Assembly (NCBI GenBank): GCA_950097015.1
Contig: CATNEN010000029.1
Span: forward strand, 7,936,001 to 8,000,000
Direction: 5' to 3'
Source: Macrostomum hystrix
Lineage: Eukaryota; Animalia; Platyhelminthes
Length of the DNA stretch: 64,000 bases
The first letter of the stretch is position 1. Each line of letters begins with the position of its first letter. Positions 49,903 to 61,107 of this stretch are shown piece by piece. The notes beneath the pieces are model-generated. The model saw only the letters and a program-made list of their open reading frames with translations. It did not search any database and was not told where the DNA came from. Made by a program: the position numbers and the translations under genes.

Positions 49903-50775
49903 TCCCAGTTACTAACCCCTTAATATCCCAATTACTAATCACCTTAGTATCCCAGTTACTAACCCCTTAATATCCCAATTACTAATCACCTTAATATCCC
50001 AGTTACTAATCACCTTAATCTCCCAGTTACTAACCCCTTAATATCCCAATTACTAATCACCTTAATATCCCAATTACTAATCACCTTAATATCCCAGTTA
50101 CTAACCCCTTAATATCCCAGTTACTAATCACCTTAATCTCCCAGTTACTAACCCCTTAATATCCCAATTACTAATCACCTTAATATCCCAGTTACTAACC
50201 CCTTAATATCCCAATTACTAATGACCTTAATGTCCCAGTTACTAACCCTTAATATCCCAATTACTAATCACCTTAATATCCCAGTTACTAATCACCTTAA
50301 TCTCCCAGTTACTAATCACCTTAATCTCCCAGTTACTAATCACCTTAATATCCCAATTACTAATCACCTTAATATCCCAGTTACTAATCACCTTAATATC
50401 CCAGTTACTAATCACCTTAATCTCCCAGTTACTAATCACCTTAATCTCCCAGTTACTAATCACCTTAATATCCCAATTACTAATCACCTTAATATCCCAG
50501 TTACTAATCACCTTAATATCCCAGTTACTAATCACCTTAATCTCCCATTTACTAATCACCTTAATATCCCAATTACTAATCACCTTAATATCCCAGTTAC
50601 TAATCACCTTAATATCCCAGTTACTAATCACCTTAATCTCCCAGTTACTAACCCCTTAATATCCCAATTACTAATCACCTTAATCTCCCAATTACTAACC
50701 ACTTAATATCCCAATTACTAATCACCTTAATATCCCAGTTACTAATCACCTTAATCTCCCAGATACTAACCACTA
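49903..50775. repeat. 24-bp minisatellite (cccagttactaatcaccttaatat) with 23-bp variants
   Basis: About 36 copies. Confidence 0.95.
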
Positions 50776-51299
50776 TAATCTCCCAGATTAAGATCTAGTC
50801 ACTGATTAGAGCACTAATAAATAGCCTGCCAATCTGTGATTGATTTGATACATTTTTCAACATAACTGACGATTTTACTACTCTAGCTTACACACCAGGA
50901 GTCCTTGCTCTTCGCGGAGTAACGCGAGCCTGCAAGTCATTCAGGTGAGCTTTCCATTTCATCGCGTGCGGTCGAGGCGATGGTCGATGTCCGCAGCTAG
51001 CCCCGGCTAAACAAATGATTTGGTCACACCGTTCGATTTGGTCCAAGTCCGCGGTCTGGTCGATGGGCCAAACTCGATATTGACAGGCCAAAGCTTGCTA
51101 CAAATGACTGGGAATTAGACCGATCTCCTGTGTCCCACCTTTTGGACTGGGGCACAAGACCTCGCGTCCTCACCTCACCTGTCTTTCTCTAATCCTACTT
51201 TTGCAATCGAACCACTTTCACTACGCCAGAGCAACTCAAGTTTTTTCACTACTGATTAGTAAATAAAATAACTATAGTGAAGAGCATCTGCTCAATCTA

Positions 51300-51600
51300 T
51301 GGCTGCTGCTGCTTGGCCTCGTGCTGAACGCGCGGAAGACGGTCGTCTTGAAAGGTGCCCTCCGACCTGCCAGGCGAGATCAAATGCCGAGGTGCCGCCG
51401 CAGATGCAATACTGCTAACACACTGCGGGAGCTTCGTGTACCTCGTCGGCGGTCCCATCCCGGATGTCGCCGACGACTAGGTAAAATGATGAAGTTGATG
51501 AGGGCCTGGGCTGAACCAGGCACGGGCTGCGACTTTTTGAGTTCGATGGCCCACAAGCGCGCTCTCTGACTGTCTGGCGCGACGCTTCCAAAGACGGCAT
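51300..51600 (+). pseudogene. Decayed non-LTR (RTE-like) reverse transcriptase fragment
   Basis: Across frameshifts and stops it reads GLVLNARKTVVL...CGSFVYL(V)GGPIPDVADD...GLNQARAATF, resembling the GLxINxxKT and FxYLG motifs that follow the RT YADD motif. Confidence 0.55.
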
Positions 51601-51835
51601 GCGTACAGCTGCACAGTCCATGGACTGAGGGGAAGCAGCGCTCAATATTTCTACCAAAAAATCAGCTTTAAGCAATCGGAATTTCAAGCGACTTGCTGAA
51701 GGACACATTTTTTTCCTGGAACGAAGATTCGAACTCTTGAACAGTCGGTCAGAAGTCCTACCATTGAAACCAGTTTTCATTCATACGTCAAAATATGATT
51801 CTAGTGTGTCAGTCTGTTCAGATCTCATTGATAAT

Positions 51836-51849
51836 GTTGCTATGGCAAC
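51836..51849. promoter_or_regulatory. Single near-palindromic RFX X-box GTTGCTATGGCAAC
   Basis: Full 14-bp match to the X-box consensus. Confidence 0.45.
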
Positions 51850-52470
51850 TGTTTTGATAGTCCATTAGTTTGCTACGAATTAAAAAAACAATTAATAGCC
51901 TAATGCTTCGTGTCCAAGGACGCCCCGCTGTTGCTAGGGAGTCATACCGTACGCAACTGGCTGAAGCGGACAAATAATTCAGCAGGAAAGTGACAAGCCC
52001 AATGCGAAATCAGGTCGACACCCGTATAGCGACACAATGGATTAAGACGTGGCCTTCCAACTGACTTATCCCGTCTCAGATAGATACTGCCGTAATCCCA
52101 TTCTAGTCCCAGTGGAGCGAATTCCCGAAAGAAAAAAAATTGTGCAAAGGAAAAATCCCAAAAAAGTGATGCGGTGGACAGGGATTAGTCGGCAAGGAGG
52201 TTTCAAGGGCTGCAGACAGAGACGCGGATGCCAGACAGCAGGCTTGGCTCCGATGTGTAGGTGCCAAAATTGGACTATTAGAAAACTTGCCGGCACTGAA
52301 AGATCGTGCATTATTTTCCTACCCGTTATCCCATTAGAATTTCTGTCAGCAATGCTCCCAGTCTAACCTCATATCTCATTGTAAGAAGTAACTTGTTGCT
52401 GTTTCGTTAAAGTTTTCACTCGCATGCGGTTTCTAGCTCTTTTACACACATTTTAACAAACAGATTTTAA

Positions 52471-52962
52471 GTGGTTTAGCCTAGTGATTTTAGAGCGTTG
52501 GACTCGCGACTTGAAGGTCTGGGGTTCGATTCTCGACTTTAGCAAGACAATAACTCGTAACTCTGCATTGCTTCAGTTCAACCAGCTGTTTATTGAGTGT
52601 CAGCATTAGCTGGGGTAATTGTTTGCGTGTGCTGTGTTCCACACTAGAAGAGGTTGTAGCCTAGTGGTTAGGGCGTCGGACTCCCGACTTGAAGGTCGGG
52701 GGTTCGATTCCCGACTCCACTGGAACAATTTGCGTCCTTTAGCAAGACACTTAAATCTGCATTGCTTCAGTTCACCCAGCTGTTAAATGGGTACCAGCAT
52801 CAGCTGGGATAATTGAAGGTGGGTGTGGCGTCCCCCCAGTCCGTGGACTGAACAGCTGTACGCAGCCTTCAGATGCGCCGCGCATTAGCTGCGGCTGTGC
52901 TGTCGGCTGCACATCTGACCCAATTGGGGCAGGTGTAATCAATTATTATTATTATTATTATT
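52471..52962 (+). mobile_element. Tandem pair of tRNA-derived SINE family 2 copies (52471-52620 truncated; 52651-52962 full with (ATT)n tail)
   Basis: tRNA-like heads (tagcctagtgg...ggttcgattcc), central agcaagacacttaa...cacccagctgttaaatgggtacc module, 3' gtggcgtcccccagtcc.tggact segment. Confidence 0.8.
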
Positions 52963-55098
52963 GTGTTCCACCCAGTCCATGGACTGAACAGCCGTCGCTC
53001 AGCCATCAGCAATCTCTCTGAGCCAATCTCTCTGCCTCCTCGCTGGTGACGCGCCAGTAGCCACAGCCGCAAAAATCTGTTCGCACAAAAAAGGATGAAC
53101 TCGAAAAAATAGTGCGAATCCAGCACAAAAGACTAGAAGTATCAAACAAAAAGCAAACATTTTCTTCATTTTCTTTCTCGAATGCAATCCGCGTAGCCTC
53201 GAGAAAAGCCGCAGTGTTTGTGCACTTTTAGCAGAACTCCCTCCTCCAAGACGGGCGGAGCAATCGGCAATGAAGGGGGCGCGGTTTAATTCCCATTCTG
53301 CTAGCGAAAACTACCGCATTTAGACTGACAAAAAACGCCACAAAGCTAGGCCGCGCATTTCGAGGGATGGACTTGCACGAAACCGGCTGGCCTAATCCCT
53401 CAGCTTTACCATCCAGGCCGTGCGTATATATATATGTGATTCATTTAACAGAAATATTCCAGTAAGCCTCAACAAAGGCTGATATAGGCTAAATCTACGC
53501 AGAAATGCTGATACTTGGATGGTGCATCTGTTCGGCACTGTACCTGGGGATAACTGGAGAGGGGGCAGGTTTCGTGTCTCCCAAAGCAGCTGGAATGCAA
53601 TCAACTGAACAAGATGGCACGGATTCAATTAATACGTACTTGAATTGTCTGGCAAATGTGCTTTCAAAGGAAACCTTATTATTGTGGCTTTCTGGCTTTG
53701 TGGACTGCATTTTCTTTGAGCAATGTCTGAGCACAGATAGAGAGAGTTGTCATCGATTATAGATAGGGCTCGAGGCCCATTGCAGTTATGCTTATAGCAA
53801 CGAGGGCCAAAGCGCAAATTGGGGTAGAGGGGTTGGCGTGTGCAGGACAGAGGGTAAGAGAACGGACCAATCAGAAGGCGGCGAGGGGAGAGAAGTATAA
53901 ATAGCAAAGTAAGAGAAAGCGAAAGCGAAAAAAGTGACCGTAATTAGTAAAAAATGGCTTAAGGAATAATAAGATTTTTTGTTTCTGTTAAATAGTAAGG
54001 AAACAAACAGTAAACTTTTCAGAAAGTTCACAAAACGTTTTCTTTCAGCTTTGGCACAACACTATAAACTGTTAGCATATCTTTGAGATCTGAATAGGCT
54101 TACAACTCATTTTCTAAAAGAAAATAAGAAGTGGCGTTTCGGACAGACTAACAGCCACTGCATAAAAACTAACACGGGTCTCCAGTTTACCTTTAACACA
54201 CGTGTGCATACTATAGAAAAACTATCCGGAACAGACACGCACAGCTACACAACAGCTGCTGTCCGTTGAAGGAAATTCCCATTTTCATTAACAGCCGCCC
54301 CAACTGCCAATATACCGAATAGGTAGGAACGAGAACGCCTCTAAAAATGGACTGTTTTTCTGCTTCTTTTCGAAGAAGTAAAGTGATTACAAGCGTAAGA
54401 CTATTTTATCTCCAGATATGCTTTCCAATGAAGATTTATACTAAATAATTCTACATAATAGATAGAGATACTGTAGAACTGGTAGGCGTATCCTGGAGTT
54501 AGAACACAGCTGTCCCATACAGACGATGGCAACCGCTGATACTGAATTACATATTAAAGATTCATAAATTTTGCTCTTTATAAGTCCCAATGCGCGTGGT
54601 GAGACGATATTTATCTAGCCAAGAACCAGCAAGAAATTGTTTAGAAAGTTCTGCCAGCAACAGCCAATCAATCAGCCTTAGTCAGACAGTCAGCAAGAAT
54701 ATAGCAGCATGACAGCACAGCGTGATTCTATTGTCCGAAATTACTTCCCCACTCGCTAGCCTTCCTGAGCAGTGCAGTCCAGCGGTCCTTTGTGAGCAGT
54801 TGACCAGAGTCAGTCCTGCATGCATGGCAACCGGAAATAGGCCGTCCGTGGGAAGCAGCAAAGAGATGAATGGCCGACATCACTCGCAATCCTATCGGCT
54901 TTAGCAGCTTGGAGACAGGTGACTAGTGACCACGCCCACTGCCCTGTTACTTCGTCACAATCCATCAGCAGGCAGACGGGACAGGGGTCTACTTCTAAAC
55001 TGGAGTAACTGGCAAAATATAAATTTAGAACGAGGAAAAGTATTATGTAACTACTTTAAGCAGTCTGCACATATCCTTGCTCTTGCTATTTTAAATGT

Positions 55099-56120
55099 TA
55101 TAAACACCCTCTGGCCAGCCTGTGCTATAAACACCCTCTGGCCAGCCTGCGCTATAAACACCCTCTGGCCAGCCTGCGCTATAAACACCCTCTGGCCAGC
55201 CTGCGCTATAAACACCCTCTGGCCAGCCTGCGCTATAAACACCCTCTGGCCAGCCTGTGCTATAAACACCCTCTGGCCAGCCTGCGCTATAAACACCCTC
55301 TGGCCAGCCTGCGCTATAAACACCCTCTGGCCAGCCTGCGCTATAAACACCCTCTGGCCAGCCTGCGCTATAAACACCCTCTGACCAGCCTGCGCTATAA
55401 ACACCCTCTGGCCAGCCTGTGCTTTAAACACCCTCTGGCCAGATTGCGCTATAAACACCCTCTGACCAGACTGCGCTATAAACACCCTCTGACCAGCCTG
55501 CGCTATAAACACCCTCTGGCCAGCCTGTGCTATAAACACCCTCTGGCCAGCCTGCGCTATAAACACCCTCTGGCCAGCCTGTGCTATAAACACCCTCTGG
55601 CCAGCCTGCGCTATAAACACCCTCTGACCAGCCTGCGCTATAAACACCCTCTGGCCAGCCTGTGCTTTAAACACCCTCTGACCAGCCTGCGCTATAAACA
55701 CCCTCTGACCAGACTGCGCTATAAACACCCTCTGACCAGCCTGCGCTATAAACACCCTCTGGCCAGCCTGTGCTATAAACACCCTCTGGCCAGCCTGCGC
55801 TATAAACACCCTCTGGCCAGCCTGTGCTATAAACACCCTCTGGCCAGCCTGTGCTACAAACACCCTCTGGCCAGATTGCGCTATAAACACCCTCTGACCA
55901 GACTGTGCTATAAACACCCTCTGACCAGCCTGCGCTACAAACACCCTCTGACCAGCCTGCGCTATAAACACCCTCTGAACAGCCTGCGCTATAAACACCC
56001 TCTGACCAGCCTGCGCTATAAACACCCTCTGGCCAGCCTGCGCTATAAACAACCTCTGACCAGCCTGCGCTATAAACAACCTCTGACCAGCCTGCGCTAT
56101 AAACAACCTCTGGCCAGCCT
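55099..56120. repeat. 27-bp minisatellite (gctataaacaccctctggccagcctgc)
   Basis: About 38 copies. Confidence 0.96.
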
Positions 56121-57300
56121 GAAACTTAAATACCCGATGCGCAGCCTCTAAATATCCTCAGGTTATTCTAGGCCTATTCATTCCTGCACTATTAAAAAAG
56201 CCCAGAGTGTAGACAATCAGGGAACCAAATGTATAAGAAATGAAAGACCGGAAATCATTTTTTAGAAATATACTCGCAATTGCAACATGCAGACAAAAGT
56301 TTTCGCTCTCATCCCAAGAAACTGTTTCGTTTATTTCGGGAAAATAATCAAACAGATTTATAGATAATATATTTAAAACAATTTTTTTGCTGAAGCTACG
56401 GAGCAAGTTGCAACAGGTTTATACATTAGTTTTCAATTATTGATTTTTCTTTACAAGCAAATAATTAGAAATTTGGGCACACAAAGGCATGAAACACAAA
56501 AAGCAGAGGGAGAGAAAGAGAACGATGAATAAATGACAAGTCACTGATATGAAGCACTGGACTTCCATGGTAACACGAATTCGATATGAAGGAGAACAGA
56601 ATCTAATGATAGAGATAGAATTGACACCATCCTCAAGATGCGTATTTATCACAGTTACAAAGACACAACTCTTTGTACCTAGAAATAAACGAATCAATCA
56701 AACAGTATTTTTCTCGCCAATAATACAGGAAAATGTATTTATAGGAATTAAAACACAATCGACATTAGTATTGCATTTAATATATATATATATTAAGTCT
56801 TTTAGGGCATACAAAACGCAAAGACGAAATAAAAGGAGACAAATATACTACTACCAAAACAGTAGTAAAATGGATTAGAAAGGAGAAAATATATTATTTC
56901 TCTCTGGGAACATTTTTTAAACGTAGACTAAAAATTAAGGCTGTGTTATAACTATTTAGAAATTAATTCATTTCAAATTATGATTTACAGTACTACAAAA
57001 ATAACATGTATCTGGCTAATATAGTCCGTGAATTATTAATTAGTTCAAGGTTAAACAAATACGAGCAGTTCGCTGCTCACTCTGAACGCAAATATTTTAA
57101 AACAGAAATATATAAAATACTGTCGGCAGTCTATTATTGATTTTGTCTGACTCTATGCTGAAAGTAGACAGCTAAAGGTAGTAATGAGCGATACTTAGAA
57201 TGAAAAAAAATGACCTAATTTAGTTCGAAGGTGAACAATGCAAGTAACTGTAATTTAGCACCGCTGTTTTAAACTCGCGCTTGTATAACATTTTCACGAT

Positions 57301-57306
57301 TTTATT
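57301..57306 (-). promoter_or_regulatory. Candidate polyadenylation signal (AATAAA) of hippo
   Basis: Plus-strand tttatt about 170 nt after the stop. Confidence 0.4.
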
Positions 57307-57472
57307 TCTGTATTTTCCAATACTACTTATTAAAAGCCTAGTAGTAGTATACTGCAATCTAAAACAATCGAAAAATTTAATAATTCTTGGAAACTAAGCC
57401 AGCTTCAGGCACGGAAATTTTGGCGCGAATTTGAAAACCGAAAACACACGAGATGAAATGTGACAGATTCTT

Positions 57473-57828
57473 TTAAAACTGTTGCTGCCGCCGCTTCTTC
57501 TCGTCGATGGCATCTAGAATTGGCTGGCGTTTCAGTTTGTATCTGATGTGGAGATTTTCTATTTCCTTCTCCATGTCGCCGTCCAGATTGGCCAGGCGGC
57601 TCTGCAGCTCCTCGTAGGTCAGCGCGGCCACAAAGTCCAGATTACCGTCTTCGAATGCGCGACGAAATGGTTGGAAGGCCTGCTGCGCTGGGGATGGCTT
57701 AAGCACCGATTGCTGCTGCTGCTGCTGCTGTGAGCTGCCGCCGTCCTGCTTGTCGAAGTAGGCCAGATAGTCGGGTCGGTTGCTGCCGCCTTTGCCACCG
57801 GTGGCGGTCCGGTTCACGCGCATTGTGC
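57473..57828 (-). CDS. hpo: Hippo kinase, coding exon 4 (GTMR, poly-Q, C-terminal SARAH domain)
   Basis: Acceptor ttttccttag|. LTYEELQSRLANLDGDMEKEIENLHIRYKLKRQPILDAIDEK is SARAH-like. TAA stop. Total CDS 1515 nt = 504 aa. Confidence 0.95.
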
Positions 57829-57936
57829 CTAAGGAAAAAATGTGCCTAAACAGTTAGAGACAGGACATAACTGACAGTTCTGTCAGTTAGAAGAACTGAC
57901 AGATAGAATGATCTCGAAGATATGTTTTCTGGGAGA

Positions 57937-58680
57937 GCTGAGGATCTACAATGGTAGCTGAGGATCTGGGACAATGATAGATGAGGATCTACAATGGTAG
58001 CTGAGGATCTGGGACAATGTTAGATGAGGATCTACAATGGTAGCTGAGGATCTACAATGGTAGCTGAGGATCTGGGACAATGATAGATTAGGATCTGGGA
58101 CAATGGTAGCCTTAGATGAGGATCTGGGACAATGGTAGCCTTAGCTGAGGATCTGGGACAATGGTAGCTGAGGATCTGGGACAATGGCAGCCTTAGCTGA
58201 GGATCTGGGACAATGGTAGCTGAGGATCTGGGACAATGGCAGCCTTAGCTGAGGATCTGGGACAATGGCAGCCTTAGCTGAGGATCTGGGACAATGGCAG
58301 CCTTAGCTGAGGATTTGGGACAATGGTAGCCTTAGCTGAGGATCTGGGACAATGTTAGCTGAGGATCTGGGACAATGTTAGCTGAGGATCTGGGACAATG
58401 TTAGCTGAGGATCTGGGACAATGGTAGCTGAGGATCTGGGACAATGGTACCCTTAGCTGAGGATCTGGGACAATGGTAGCCTTAGCTGAGGATCTGGGAC
58501 AATGGTAGCCTTAGCTGAGGATCTGGGACAATGGTAGCCTTAGCTGAGGATCTGGGACAATGGTAGCCTTAGCTGAGGATCTGGGACAATGGCAGCTGAG
58601 GATCTGGGACAATGGTAGCTGAGGATCTGGGACAATGGCAGCTGAGGATCTGGGACAATGGCAGCCTTAGCTGAGGATCT
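57937..58680. repeat. 23/29-bp minisatellite (gctgaggatctgggacaatggta[gcctta]) filling hippo intron 3
   Basis: About 28 copies of alternating unit lengths. Confidence 0.93.
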
Positions 58681-58798
58681 GTGAAAATACTCAGGTTCAG
58701 ATTCGAGTATTCAGGTTAAATAGTATTAGCTGGGTCAGACTTATACAGTCAGATTTCTAATTAAAAAGCTATTTTAAGATACCAACATTGCCACTTAC

Positions 58799-59026
58799 CT
58801 TCATCGTCGTCGCCATCCTCATCGTCTGTGTCCACAATGACCATGGTACCCGTGACGCTCTCGGCCAGGCTATCCTCGTCTGAATTGACAATCATGGTGT
58901 GGGAAGACGACAAAGTGCTGCTGCCAGTGAGGGTTGAACCGCGTTGCGAGCCGGCGGCCTGTTTCATCAGGGTGCCTGGGTCGCCGCCGCCAGAGCTGAC
59001 GACCTGCTTCATTGTGCCGGCCTCCT
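58799..59026 (-). CDS. hpo: Hippo kinase, coding exon 3 (linker with GTMK/HTMI/GTMV motifs)
   Basis: Acceptor aatacag|, donor G|gtaagt, 228 nt phase 1-1. Thr-Met motifs typical of the MOB1-binding MST linker. Confidence 0.9.
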
Positions 59027-59107
59027 CTGTATTAGCATGGGGAATTGGAGATTCAGTTTATTTTGATTTCGCATTATGATTAGATTTTTTTAGAGATAAG
59101 GGTAAGA

Positions 59108-59612
59108 GATAGGGGAGTGACGAGACGGAGAGATTGGGGAGTGATGAGACGGAACGATAGGGGAGTGATGAGACGGAGTGATAGGGGTGTGATGAGACGC
59201 GAGAGAGATAGGGGAATAACGAGACGGAGCGATAGGGGAGTGACGAGACGGAACGATAGGGGAGTGATGAGACGGAGAGATAGGGGAGTGATGAGACGGA
59301 GAGATAGGGGAGTAATGAGACGGAGTGATAGGGGTGTGATGAGACGCGAGAGAGATAGGGGAGTGATGAGACGGAGAGATAGGGGAGTGATGAGACGGAG
59401 TGATAGGGGAGTGATGAGACGGAGTGATAGGGGTGTGATGAGACGCGAGAGAGATAGGGGAGTGATGAGATGCGAGAGAGATAGGGGAATAACGAGACGG
59501 AACGATAGGGGAGTGATGAGACGGAGAGATAGGGAGTGATGAGACGGAGTGATAGTGGAGTGATGAGACGGAGTGATAGGGGAGTGACGAGACGGAGCGA
59601 TAGGGGAGTGAT
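59108..59612. repeat. 24-26-bp purine-rich minisatellite (gataggggagtgatgagacggaga) filling hippo intron 2
   Basis: About 20 copies. Confidence 0.93.
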
Positions 59613-59806
59613 GAAACTGGTGAGAGATGAGCAAGGGGAGGCTGAGATAGGGGAGAGAAAAGTCAAGAGATCAGATATGTTTGAGTAGGTGTTAGAAGGG
59701 CCAGGGGAGATAAGTTCTGGAGCTTCGAGTGCGTCAGGTCAGCGGGTCAGTAGGTGTCCGACCCCAAGTGGTTGAGGGTGATTTATCATTCCCAGTTCTC
59801 TCTCAC

Positions 59807-60218
59807 CATCGGAATTCTCCGATTCGTCAGTCAGTCGGCCCTCTTTCTGTAGGCAGCTGCGAAGCTCTTCGGCCTCTCTAACCATGTCGCGCATTAACAG
59901 ATCCGGCGAAGTGGCGGCGCCTCTGATGAATTCGTGCTCCAATAGGCGCTCGGAACTTGGCCGATCGGCCGGATTCTTAATCAGACACTGGCTGACAAAA
60001 TCAATAAACTCCTGCGACCAGTTGTTGGGATTGCGAAAACTAGGCGGCGGTTTAGTTGGGATCATAAATAAGGCGCGCATCGGATGAATATCGCCGTAGG
60101 GCGGCTTGCCGTCGGCCATTTCAATAGCCGTGATGCCCAGAGACCAAATGTCTGCGGAATAGTTATAGCCAATCTCTTGGATCACTTCAGGTGCCATCCA
60201 GTATGGCGTGCCGATTAC
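59807..60218 (-). CDS. hpo: Hippo kinase, coding exon 2 ([11 protein letters not shown]...TDESENSD)
   Basis: Acceptor aaatgcag|GTAATC. Kinase subdomains VIII-XI ([26 protein letters not shown]). Phase-1 donor G|gtgaga at 59806. Confidence 0.95.
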
Positions 60219-60379
60219 CTGCATTTTTCAGAGCATGAAAACTAATGCGATTAGGCATTGTAGAAAGGGATTTTAGTCCCAATCGATAGACATTCTGCAG
60301 TATTTTTTCACGCCATTTCCAATGCTTCCGTTAATAAACTCTGTTCAGTTTATCGCCTCTTTTCAAGACCTCGAAAGAA

Positions 60380-60540
60380 GGTTTGGTCGTGCAATTAACG
60401 CCATTGAGGCACAGTGAGATTGTACACTGCCCGACGATGAGAGAGTCAGGGCAGATGTACACACCTAGGCTGAGGGTCTAGTGTCACCATATGATGTGGC
60501 ATTGCCCGCAGCCCTCCTGCAGTTATTCAGATTATTATTA
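60380..60540 (+). mobile_element. 5'-truncated SINE family 1 copy in hippo intron 1
   Basis: gtgcaattaacgccattgaggcacagtgag...ggtctagtgtcacca.atgatgtggcattgcccgcagccctcctgca plus an ATT-rich tail. Confidence 0.7.
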
Positions 60541-60588
60541 CTGAATCCAAGTCAGCTTAGGCCTACACTAATACAAGACTGGACTGAC

Positions 60589-61107
60589 CGTATTCCGCTT
60601 GGCCATAGTGTCTGTGAGCTGGCCGGCAACGCCAAAATCGGCTAGCTTAGCCTGACCCTGCGAGTTCAATAGAATATTTCCAGCCTTGATATCGCGATGA
60701 ATCTTGCGCCTCTGGTGCAGATATTCCAAGCCTTTGAGTGTGTAGGCCAGCACAGTGGCAATCTCAGTTTCGCTTAGAGTCTTGCCGCGCAGTCGCATGA
60801 TATCAGACACAGAGCCGGCGCCGCAGTATTCCATGATAATCCATAGGTCGGCATCCTTAAAATAGCTGCCGTAATACTTTACTATATAGGGCGAGTCGCA
60901 CTGCTGCATAATTGAGATCTCCTTGATGATCTCCTGCAGATCAGTGTCAACCGGCACCTTCTTAATAGCTAGAGTGTGTCCAGTGGCTCTGTGTTCAGCT
61001 TTGTACACACTGCCATAGCTGCCTTTGCCAAGTTTGCAAACTATTGTGAATACTTCGTCTGGCGGCTTGGCTAGTGAAGCTTCGTCCAGTTTATCAAAGG
61101 CAGCCAT
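60589..61107 (-). CDS. hpo: Hippo/MST1-2 (STK3/STK4) kinase, coding exon 1
   Basis: KLGKGSYGSVYKA, AIKKVPVDTDLQEIIKEISIMQQCDSPY, HRDIKAGNILL, DFGVAGQLTDTMAKRNT. Phase-0 donor ACG|gtcagt. Confidence 0.97.

Noticed and set aside
52471-52725. Two tRNA-like sequences as genuine tRNA genes
   Set aside because: The anticodon stems pair poorly, the would-be anticodons differ between copies (CGC versus CCC), and both continue into a shared SINE body.
49157-59666. ORFs such as (NHLNIPVT)n, (FIAQAGQRV)n, (RYKHPLTSL)n and (RLITPLSL)n
   Set aside because: Translations of 24- and 27-bp satellites whose unit length is a multiple of 3; two lie inside hippo introns.
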